64,000 nt of DNA from Microthyrium microscopicum (taxonomy: Eukaryota), in contig MU004244.1 of the NCBI GenBank assembly GCA_010405405.1, forward strand, positions 623,895-687,894, written 5' to 3'. Of this stretch, positions 12,658 to 22,310 are shown piece after piece (position 1 is the first letter of the stretch; each line of letters begins with the position of its first letter). A model generated the notes under the pieces. That model saw only the letters and a program-made list of their open reading frames with translations, was not told the DNA's origin and ran no database searches. The position numbers were made by a program, and so were the translations under genes.

Positions 12658-13051
12658 ATGAAGACTTTCGCCACTTTCACCGCTCTTATTCTCTCTGTTT
12701 CGGCACTGCCGCTCGCAGCTCCTAAGGTAAGAGTGCAAAACAATCAAGAGGTCTGCTAAATCATCTTTTTAGGTAGCAACCGGTTCTCAGCAGGAAGGTG
12801 TTGTCACCTGGGCAGATGTTTCTAAACGGTCTGAGGCTCAGGCCGAAGGTGTTGTCACATGGGCAGATGTCTCCAAGCGCGATGGGGCGCAGAAAGAGGG
12901 CGTTGTTACTTGGGCAGACGTTAGCAAACGAGATGGAGCTCAAAAGGAAGGTGTTGTTACTTGGGCTGATGTTTCCAAGCGCAACGAGGCTCAGAAAGAG
13001 GGTGTTGTAACTTGGGCAGACGTCAGCAAACGCAGTAGCGATGACTACTAA
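12658..13051 (+). CDS. Kex2-processed repeat protein / RiPP precursor peptide (115 aa, 2 exons)
   Basis: Exon 1 12658-12726 MKTFATFTALILSVSALPLAAPK (signal-peptide-like). Intron 12727-12772 (GTAAGA...GCTAAA...TTTAG). Exon 2 VATGSQQEGVVTWADVSKR-SEAQAEGVVTWADVSKR-DGAQKEGVVTWADVSKR-DGAQKEGVVTWADVSKR-NEAQKEGVVTWADVSKR-SSDDY*. Confidence 0.93.
12779..13033 (+). repeat. Coding tandem repeat, 5 x 51 bp
   Basis: Five 51-bp units, each ending in Lys-Arg codons; differences within EGVVTWADVSKR are all synonymous. Confidence 0.95.
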
Positions 13052-13954
13052 GTACGGTCAATTCTTTTGATATTGGCGCCTTTGGCCTTTCATTTCTATT
13101 ACATATCGCTTTGAGTTGGAAATGTCAATCCTACCAGTCTCAAGTCCAATGTTACAACTTTCTTTAATCTTATCGCTCGTATGACCATACTTTGTTCAAG
13201 TAAACTCTTGGGATATGATGCGGATTCTTCGTTTTGAGTAAAATTGCGTTACAACTTAATGGAAAGTGCGATGATCATTTGCTTCTATGCGAATACATTC
13301 TCAGCGCATAATGACAACGCTAATTTTACATTCTAGCGGATTGGACTCATCAGCTCAGCTGCAAAGAACAAGATGTTCGTTTAGCCTCTCCTTCGGAGGC
13401 GTAGGGTTTGATCTGGTCATTTCTCTCGAATCCTCAATATATTGACTAACTTCCCCTTGCTATAGTTACATTGTTTGAATCCTTCTAATCCTTCAGGTGG
13501 ATATGTAAATATCCCAACCACTTCACCTGCTTTTCCAGGTCCACTGGCAGGCAGAATGCAAGATCCATTCAAGGATTAACGGAGAATAACTAAGGTGTAT
13601 CCAGTTATGCTTGTCGACCTAAGGCTACTACATATTTCCCTGGATACGGTAACCAGTTATGGCATTGATTAACAAATTCATTGGACTAGAAAGCAAAATA
13701 TAACTATCTTGGGTACCAAGCAGAGTCTAGTAGCAGAATCCAATAACAAGAGAACGGAACTGTAACCAGGGTGTCGCTGATCGAGCAGATCAATTGATTG
13801 TGTATAACCCTGTCCGCCATATCGGGTTGCCTCTGGGCACGCACTTTATCGATGGATTCGCTTCTCTGTCACTGAGAGATGATGAGAAGCCTTTCACCCA
13901 TATCTACCTGTGACCGTGTATTCGAGCTTGTCAGTCTCCGATAAACGTCAAATC

Positions 13955-14969
13955 ATGGCTTCTGCGCAAACTCTCACTTACCTCGGCAATTGTCATTGCG
14001 GTGGCTATCGATTTGAAATCTCCCTGCCCAGAATCGAGAGTGCCATCTCCTGTTCATGCAGCGTTTGTTCGAAGAAGGATTCTCTGTGGGTGATCCCCGA
14101 GGAAAAAGCCTTTCGGGTGGTTCGGGATGACGGGCACTTGGTCGAATATGAGTCCAGATCATTAAAGGAAAAGGTAGCCAGACAATGTATTCTGAGACCC
14201 TGTACAGATAGTCATGCTAACAGTGAACCAGTTCTGTGGTTCTTGTGGCACGCAAGTGACTGCAGAGCATCAAATCGGAGATCTAGCGCGATGTTTTCTT
14301 GTTAACATCCGGACCATACGAAGTCCATACGTCAATCCGTTTCAGCTCAAGTACTTCACTCCTCTGATGAGTTTTCAAAGTCTTACTCTCAAAAGGAAAA
14401 CCATTATGACGGCCAGCGTTGTCGACAAGAATGAAGCAAAACAGATAGCAGTTGGCGCATCGCATGCTCTAACACAACATAATTTCGTCTGTCACTGCCA
14501 GCGGATTCGAGCAGAGTTGCTTGTCACTCTCCAAGACCAGGAGATCAAGGAAGATAATTGCAGTGCTTGCGTCAGGGTATGTCGGATTCCTCAACAGCAT
14601 ATTTGATTGTATAAAGATACTTAACGTTGACAGAATGCCTATATTGGTGTGTACCCTAAGAAAGAGCAAGTCATAATATATGGAAGAGAGAATGGCTTTG
14701 AGTATCTTACAGGTCGTAAATACAGTGGAGCAGTACATTGCAAAACATGTGGCGTCCAAGTCTTTAGCAACATCTATGGACCGCCGAGAAGCATGTTTGA
14801 TAAACTTGCCCCAGAGAGAAAGGAAAAGGCTCTGAAGGTATACCACAAGAATATGCAGCTTCAGCCCCTGAATGTTCGAGCAGTAGAGGGAGTTGATATA
14901 TCTTCACTTCATATCATACGATCAGACGAAGGAACAGAGGGCTACAAGCTTGATGAGGAGAAACATTAG
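13955..14969 (+). CDS. Tandem GFA/CENP-V (Mss4-like, Zn-binding) domain protein (4 exons)
   Basis: Domain 1 GNCHCG...CSCSVCSKK...FCGSCG; domain 2 VCHCQ...DNCSACVR/NAYIGVYP...HCKTCGVQVF...LNVRAVEGVD. Three short GT-AG introns. Confidence 0.85.
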
Positions 14970-15046
14970 AGCCGCGGATTCACAAATCTCATTCATATAT
15001 AGCACAATAAACTCTCTGTGAATTTTGCCCGCTCGAGAAACTAGCT

Positions 15047-15785
15047 TTATCTGCGAATTGAAGCTTTATGCTTCTTGGCCCATTCAAGAATCTGACTCCA
15101 GTCTCGACATTTGCGGTGTTCTACATTCCAACCATTTATCGCTCGGTGCACGCCTTTGAATGCGTCCTGCGCCGGCTCAATGGTAACATCTCCTGCGCAC
15201 ATCAATGACTGTCTAACGTAATCAAAACAATGGTCAATATGTTTGTGAAGATACGCTTCTGAGGAGTTGTAGTCTAGCTGTAACAATTGGTCCCTCGTTG
15301 TAGATTGCAGTTCTCCCGTGAGAAGATTATAATAATTGTTTCTGATCATCTCCAAACAGTGCAATTGGTGAAAAACAGAGACACCGTAGTGGTCGGCGCC
15401 ATAAGGTTGCTGTATTCCAGGCGCAAGGCGAAGCTGTCGTTGGTGCCGTTTGTTGATCTCAAGGAAACCGCCCCCAGCTGTAAAGAGGGATCGTCAGTTA
15501 TATCACGATGGCATTTAGTGTTCTTTACCTGGGCGCATACTGCTCCAAGCCTCAGAAGACTTGTTGCCGGAAAATATGGAGAAATTGTCATTTGGCTGAA
15601 AGACTTTGCGAACAACTCGTACTAGCATAAACTTAGTATAGTTCTGATTACTTTCACGGTTATGTCTCACCATCTATACAAAAGTCGTTGAAGAAATAGA
15701 TTGACTTAATCGTTGTTATACATAAACTGACAGCCAGGAAAACTGACAGTGCTTGGAGACCTATCCGAACCAGTGATGAAACCAT
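15047..15785 (-). CDS. DUF3328/UstYa-family oxidase Y3 (3 exons)
   Basis: MVSSLVRIGLQALSVFLAVSLCIT (TM), introns 15622-15670 and 15478-15528, AWSSMRPAGGGF, VSVFHQLHCLEMIR, HIDHCFDYVRQSLMCAGDVTIEP, GWNVEHRKCRDW. Confidence 0.92.
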
Positions 15786-16568
15786 CTTTGCATAAGGTCA
15801 AGACAAAGGGGCAATGCTCATAGAGATTTCAAGAATGTCCGACCTGGTGAATGCGTAAGTCAAGTACTTGAGTAGGTTGTGGAATTGAAGCTGGTGTTGA
15901 GAATCGAACTTGTTTGTGTAGAGTGCAACATGCTTGTGGACCCGACTGTCCATGGCCGGTTCATGCGGCATGCCCAACGTTCGAGTGGGAGTGTTGAGCA
16001 TGGCGTACCATTAAAATCCTGCTTCCAGATCCCATGTTCTGGAAATCAATATTGCAGAATCCCAATGGTCAATCATCTACCAGGGCTGAAAAGCGATGTA
16101 CCAGCTCGGAGGATTAGTTGCGGCACAGTATAATTTGCAGGATCGCCGTGACTAGTTTTGAAATCTAGCTGTACCCTAGTTGTCGATTTGCGAATCCTGA
16201 TGCCTTACTCATTCATATACACTGGGTCGATCATTAAAAAGGATCGCGGAGTTCCAAGGAGCAACTAGTGCGGTCGTAAAATATCCAAGGCATCACTTGA
16301 ACATGGTTGAAGGTATTGGGAATACTTCGCCGCCTGATCATGAAAATAGAAGGAAACGTTTTCAGACACAAGCCGAGAAAAGAGAATAGGACCTGATTCA
16401 TAGGATGTAAGGGAGATCCTGATTCTGAAATCATCCCTTTGCTGTGACGACCTACTTCGGGGAGATTTGATCAATTACAAGTACGTAGCATTGTACAACA
16501 GCTCTTCATACCAATCTCTCTATATTCCAACTTTCAAGCTGAGCACTGGCTACAGTAATTGCTCCAAA

Positions 16569-17222
16569 ATGCCTGCACATATCCTAACACCACCGACGAA
16601 AGAGCTAGTTTTGAAATTGTCAACGAAACATAGACGACGCAGTGTGCTGGGCATCCTACTTTTTGGAGTGGCTTTCGCGTTAGCCATTGTCATAGTGTAC
16701 TTTGACCTGCTTGAACAGACCAAGTTCATGAAGGTACCATATGAAGCGCCGTGTGGCGATACATCCTCTGAGGCTCAACGCAAAGGGTGTCATTTTGACA
16801 CAATGGCGTTCAGTTGGGTCCCTCCAGCTTGCTATGACGGCGAGCTAGAAAAGGAATTTCTAAGCAAGAAGGACTGGGTGTGGTTCCTGGAGGAGAATAA
16901 CAATATTACAATTTCCCCTGAGGTCGTCCAAACAGGGGATATAAACGTTGCATGGGTGACTTGGGAATATCACCAAACTCACTGCACATATATGTGGCGA
17001 AAAATGCACCGAGCAGTCGCTGCATCAACACCTCTGGATGGATACATCCGCGACTATCATCATACTGCGCACTGCGAGGTGATGTTGCTGCAGGATGTCA
17101 CAGATAATCGGAAGCAACGAGAGTCAATTTATATCAAATACCCAAACTGTGGTGGGCCAGACGTTGGACACCTTGGATGGTTTAGAGTCATCAATGGCAA
17201 GCGCTATCATCGAGATCCCTAA
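16569..17222 (+). CDS. HxxHC-HxxHC (DUF3328-related, PhomB-like subtype) RiPP tailoring protein Y4
   Basis: Intronless paralogue of Y1: TM helix (VLGILLFGVAFALAIVIVYF), CGDTSSEAQRKGCHFDTMAFSW, HQTHCTYMWRKMH, HTAHC. Probable start MPAHIL at 16569. Confidence 0.8.
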   Translation: MPAHILTPPTKELVLKLSTKHRRRSVLGILLFGVAFALAIVIVYFDLLEQTKFMKVPYEAPCGDTSSEAQRKGCHFDTMAFSWVPPACYDGELEKEFLSKKDWVWFLEENNNITISPEVVQTGDINVAWVTWEYHQTHCTYMWRKMHRAVAASTPLDGYIRDYHHTAHCEVMLLQDVTDNRKQRESIYIKYPNCGGPDVGHLGWFRVINGKRYHRDP

Positions 17223-17351
17223 GCTACTGCTCGAAGGGTTAGACACACCTGATACTAGATACTATCGTATGCTGGCTCTGGAGTGTCGCCTCAGTTCGCG
17301 CTATACCCATCATTGAAAGAACACGATTTTAGGTCTGGATAGGTAAACATA

Positions 17352-17990
17352 CCGTAGCGTGGAGGGGGGAGTAAAGGACTTGATATTTTAATGAAACTAC
17401 ATGATCTTTTGAAGTCTTTTTAGAAGTCTATTCTTCTCTAGAAGATGATGTCTTGAGTAAACCTTATGTTCTGTGAATAAAAGTAATTACGACTAAAGAT
17501 AAAGAAGGCACGATAGGATGTTAGTAAGAATGAAAGGATAAAGTATAGGAGCTAAATAGATTAGGGGCTATATATATAAGCTTAGTAATTTATACTCTAT
17601 TATTATAAAACCCCTAGTAAAATATAGTCATAATTCTGCCTTGCTTAACTAAGCTATAGCGTATTAATCTAGCCTAATTTATAATTTAAATTATAATTTA
17701 TTTAAAAAAAGTATTTATTGCTAGTTGTCTTGCTCTCTTAATCCTTTATTGAATTTAATAGTAATTTTTTTTGCCCCTCTTTATAGCTATAATATAGCTA
17801 AAAAATAGCTAAAACATAGTTTTTTTAGAAAATGCTTTTGTAAATAGAAAATATAGGTTTTCTAAAATAGGTATCTTCTCTTAGAAAGTAGCATCGATTG
17901 TACCTCTCTGCAGAATATACATTTTCTTGTCTAGAAGCTTCATAGGATGATCACTGGTAAATTTCCTCTACCCCCCCTCGCGCGCTACGG
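17352..17990. mobile_element. Decayed non-autonomous DNA transposon (Tc1/mariner-type MITE), RIP-like
   Basis: Imperfect TIRs: CCGTAGCGTGGAGGGGGGAGTAAAGGA on the left versus reverse complement CCGTAGCGCGCGAGGGGGGGTAGAGGA on the right. TA on both flanks (17350-51, 17991-92). Interior is very AT/TpA-rich with no ORF. Confidence 0.8.
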
Positions 17991-19379
17991 TAGAGAGCTT
18001 GCGAGAATATACTTTCATCAACCACGACCTGAAATGGTAACACGAGTCTCAAGACTAGAAGTTTATGATTGAATAATGTTTTTGTCACGATGTTTTTTCA
18101 GCAAGGTACTGCAGTTGAGGCAATCGGTCAACACTTACGCGATGTGTGAGGAGCTTGCTCATTTTTCTACCCGAGAAGTAGGGCGTAGCAAACCCCGACA
18201 ATTGTCACGATTATTGGGCCAAAAACAGAAGAAATGGTTACTGAATTATTACAACATTAATTGAGAACTTTAGGAGCCTTTCAGTATCGAGTGTCATGGT
18301 ACGGTAGACATCAGGGTGGAGGGGAGGAAGTCGCAGAGCTTGCTGATTTTGCCGGGAGAGGTCGCGCCTCTTGTTCTTTCCATGTTGAATCTAGCGTGGC
18401 TTCCACGTCGCGAACTCGCGGCAAATATTAACGTGGGTAACGCGCCGCGTGGTTTCTTTCCCGGCAAGTCAAGCTGGCAACCGTGATGGGTACTGACAGG
18501 TACTTCTTCTCCCTTGCAAGGAGATATCTTATCGCGCTAGGTTATTGTGCCGAGACTTGAAGCACAATAGTATATACGATATGTCAATAAAAATAAATGG
18601 TACATACAGATTTAACGCAGTACGGATGACAGTCAGTAGATATTTAGCGACCGATTCGACTAGGCGCGGTTACCATGGTTGCAAGGAGTAGCAGCCGCTA
18701 TTGGCTACAGGACAGGCTTGTCCAACCACCGTGATTCCCTGACTTTAGCCTTGCAAGGCTTTGCTCAGAAAAAGACTCCACCATCTGAAGCTTTGATTAT
18801 TCTCTTGTGTGTCAAAACAGCTGCAACTCTTTTAGCCTTGACTCTTCCCCGCCTCCATCATTCTCTCATCCTCCATTTCCAAGAGTCCCACTCTCTACCT
18901 GCATTATCGTCAACTTCTTCACCTGCCCTGACCATAAACGCCCTGTTACACTGGCTAAAGTCTCTCCCCGCCACCTTGCATTCTTTCAGTCTACTCAAGG
19001 CCTGATTCAGTCGTGGCTACAGCACGCGTTGAAACATCGAGATACTTCCGAAACGCGCCATGCTGATCCGCGCTTGAGAGTACATCCGCATCGCGAACTC
19101 TCTTTTCTACTATTTTGCTTATTACTCGTACTACCCGACTCCACCCTGTCTGTCAAGCCTGTCTATACAACCCACTCTGCTATTCTCATTTGTACTCTGG
19201 CCTATTTCTCCGCCCGGCCTCTCAATACCTACTTATTCTAGCCCTTGCGCAATCTTCTCCCTTCTATCTCAAGCTCGCCTATATATTCCACATCTGCCTG
19301 CTTTGCGCATATAAACAAAACACTCAACAGAGTCACTACTTCCAATCGAGTCTACCGGCTACTTGCATTGGCCGCAATC

Positions 19380-20948
19380 ATGGCCTCTTCTTCTCAATCT
19401 ACTCAGCCGGATCCGTTTGCTAGTTCCCAGCTTTCCCAGGATACCCTCCCAGACTCTCAAAATGTAGAGATTGAGATAGATCCAAGTCATATCCAAGTCC
19501 CACGTTCAAGAGGCACAACTCCACAGTCATCCCAAGTCAACCGACTCAAATTCGCTTCCCCAGCTTCAGCGCCAACTTCATCAATAACACCCCCTCCATC
19601 AACACAACAACATCACAATCAATCAATTGCGCGTACTCCGTCGCCTTTGGGCTTACTCAATTCTCCACCTCCGACGACTGCGCGAGATGTTTCCACTTCC
19701 AATCTCCCAACCGCAAATGAGATTCCCAGCCATGATCAGATCGCAAACGCCTCCGTTGATGACCTCCGCTCCATGCTGTCCGACCTGTCAATATCCTTGC
19801 GCGAAGCCCGAACCGCCTCTGCGCACTACAAGCTGCAGTACAACATGCTAGTAATCGACTCCAACAAGGCCAAGAACGAAATGCACGTCGAACTCGCCAT
19901 GCTTCAACGCGAACTCGAAGTCCTGCAAGCCGCCGAAGACCGTCGCCAAGCTGCTGCTGTTGCGCCCCGCCAGTCTATCGAAGCCTCAAGCTTAGCCACC
20001 ATCCATGACTTGACCCGCCAAACCAACATCCTGACCTCGGAAAACGAAGACTTGCGCACCTTGCTCTCCCAGGAACGACGCACCGTCGAACAGCGCGATC
20101 TCCGAATTGTCTCCCTTGAGGAGCAAAATGTCGGCCTGCGCCATCGTATCCGCCAAAACCGTGAACATCTAAATGGCATGCTGGAAAATGTGTTTGACCG
20201 CTCACCAACCTCTGCAATGAACACGCCGTCCCGCCACTCGTACTACGGCACGCCGCGTCGCGCACCCGTATCTACGCCTGCCCCGCGCCAAGTCGAACGC
20301 CGAGACAACCTTGCCTTTGACGCCCTACTACTCGCCGACAAAGTTCTCTCACAGGAAACCGCAACCGCACCATCAACTCCCAAAAACCAAGGCCGGCGCC
20401 ATGTCCGCAATACCCACTCACTATCCTCGCTACCATCAACACCGAACCGCCGCACCCAACCCGGTACACTACGCACCCCACTCCACCTCTCCGCCATTCT
20501 TGAACCAGAAGTCCCCGCATCAGCACCACACTTCCCCATCTCAACATCCTCGCGCCGGCGCCGCGCAAGTTCTGACTCGACAATCACAGCCACCAGTGTT
20601 GAAGACGAACTTGACCAGCACACTGAAACACACGCCGGTGCCTCGCAATCACACGCCTCACAGTCACAATACGAAGAACTCATCCCCGAAAGCTCCGCCA
20701 GCCAAGCAGCAACCAGCATGCTCCGTTCAACGCCCAAAAAAGCTAAGAAAAGCACACAGACAAAACTCACTGGCAAAGTGACGAAAGCTACCGCACCATT
20801 GCTCAGCACGGGTGGATATCCTGTATCGCCTGAGAAGAGGCGAATGGCGTCGGGAATTCCTGGTGCTGAGATTGAGCGGAGGGCGGGCAATGAGGGCAGT
20901 CCGAAGAAGAGACGGATGGATCATGTTGGATTGGGAATTGGGATTTAA
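19380..20948 (+). CDS. Conserved fungal coiled-coil, low-complexity protein of unknown function
   Basis: Long intronless ORF; first in-frame ATG gives MASSSQSTQ at 19380. Coiled-coil segment LREARTASAHYKLQYNML...; Ser/Pro/Thr-rich flanks. Confidence 0.8.
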   Translation: MASSSQSTQPDPFASSQLSQDTLPDSQNVEIEIDPSHIQVPRSRGTTPQSSQVNRLKFASPASAPTSSITPPPSTQQHHNQSIARTPSPLGLLNSPPPTTARDVSTSNLPTANEIPSHDQIANASVDDLRSMLSDLSISLREARTASAHYKLQYNMLVIDSNKAKNEMHVELAMLQRELEVLQAAEDRRQAAAVAPRQSIEASSLATIHDLTRQTNILTSENEDLRTLLSQERRTVEQRDLRIVSLEEQNVGLRHRIRQNREHLNGMLENVFDRSPTSAMNTPSRHSYYGTPRRAPVSTPAPRQVERRDNLAFDALLLADKVLSQETATAPSTPKNQGRRHVRNTHSLSSLPSTPNRRTQPGTLRTPLHLSAILEPEVPASAPHFPISTSSRRRRASSDSTITATSVEDELDQHTETHAGASQSHASQSQYEELIPESSASQAATSMLRSTPKKAKKSTQTKLTGKVTKATAPLLSTGGYPVSPEKRRMASGIPGAEIERRAGNEGSPKKRRMDHVGLGIGI

Positions 20949-22310
20949 AGATATATTTTGATTGGGAGTCTGGATGAATGGTTTTCTTGTCAATGGGCTC
21001 ACTGGCAAATGTGAACATAAGGGAACGGGGATGAGGTAATGATTTGAACGGGCACGATATGCGGAAATACCAACGGCAAGTTATGTGTAGGAGAAACGAT
21101 GCAACTCGGGAAGAAAACAGGATGACGAAGTAACGACTGGAAAGCTGAGGATGTTGGGTAACGAGGATATTAGGACGGCAAACGAGCTGATGAAGGTTGG
21201 ATTGGACGATGTGCTATGTTTTTTTTCTGTTGATTTACTCTGCTCTGTCCTTTTCTTTATGTTCAATTTTTCTTCTCCCAACTCATTTTCTTGGAGTTCT
21301 TCATACAGTCGAGTCTGGATGACCGCTGCTGGCCTTTTGTTATTATCTTCTACCATGGATATGACGGCTTGCATTGGTGGATTGTGCTTGTGGCATTTTG
21401 CATGATGAGTGTTCATAGGAAACGGAGATAGATATGGAGGTGGTTTGTAACATATTTAGCTAGTGATGATAATATTAAAATTTCGATATTGGGTGTGATT
21501 GCATCTTCTTCGTGACTTTAGCTTGATCTTTGTCTCCTAAGCTACTTTCATGCAGGTCGACGATACAGGCTCAGCCATACATCCTAACGAAGGAACGATA
21601 GTCTCAAGCTTATAATTGAAACTCACGCTCGAATTGAGGTACTGCGGTCGGCATTCCTTGATGTCCACCAAATCTTTCGCTTGTAATGAAATAGCAGTGT
21701 GAGGCATCAGGCTGAACCTCAGCCTTATCGATCTTGGCATTCTCCAACACTCCAAAGAAAGAAGTCACAACACACACCAAAACAAGTCCAAAATTCACAG
21801 GAAACAGGACCAAAAATTCAACGCGCTGCCACTTTCCTAAGAAAGTAGGAGCGCGCCTATAAAAAGCCTATTACGGCTTTTTTTCCGATCTGAACCCAGA
21901 CGGGTTCGAACAGTGAAGCTCCAGAGCTAAGCGGAATTAGCTAGCTACTAATCCCCTGTTTCGAGGTTTTGGCAGGCTTAATCCGGTTAGGCTGGAGACT
22001 TCAGAAGTATGTTCTACGAGAGCACTTATTTGATGGGCTTCGACCTTCTTTTACTGATGGAGAATATTCCGCACAAAGTGAATATATAACGCACATGAAG
22101 CATCTCAGAGACGTCCACAAAAAATTGTTCCCGTCGTTAACAGCTAAGAATTGAATTGCATGTTTCTCCATCGATCAAAAGAACTATATAATAAAATCAA
22201 GCCTTCCTTAAAAAACGATGCCGCTCCTTCCATACTGAGGCAAAAGCAACGCTATGATATGCAAACCCGGTTTCCCAATGCAGCAACGCAGTGAATGCAG
22301 AACAAACCAA

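Noticed and set aside
12761..13010. ORF-track ORFs 12798-13010 (+) and 12761-12943 (-)
   Set aside because: Off-frame and antisense shadows of the precursor repeat; their residues vary between units while the true frame is invariant.
12779..13033. Repeat array read as a CRISPR array or a neutral minisatellite
   Set aside because: Eukaryotic context, no cas genes and no unique spacers; variation follows codon third positions, so it is coding.
12658..13051. Alpha-factor-like mating pheromone precursor
   Set aside because: It has KR-delimited repeats, but the unit lacks the WC...GQPCW-type pheromone sequence and regular X-A/X-P dipeptide spacers, and the flanking DUF3328 genes point to a RiPP.
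19627..21018. Several long antisense and alternate-frame ORFs within the 19380-20948 gene
   Set aside because: Explained by GC-rich codon usage of the real gene; no independent motifs.
21855..22010. TATA box followed by a GGTTCGAA (B-box-like) sequence and hairpins, suggesting a tRNA or other ncRNA
   Set aside because: I could not fold a cloverleaf or match a known snRNA by eye; tRNAscan-SE/Infernal is needed.
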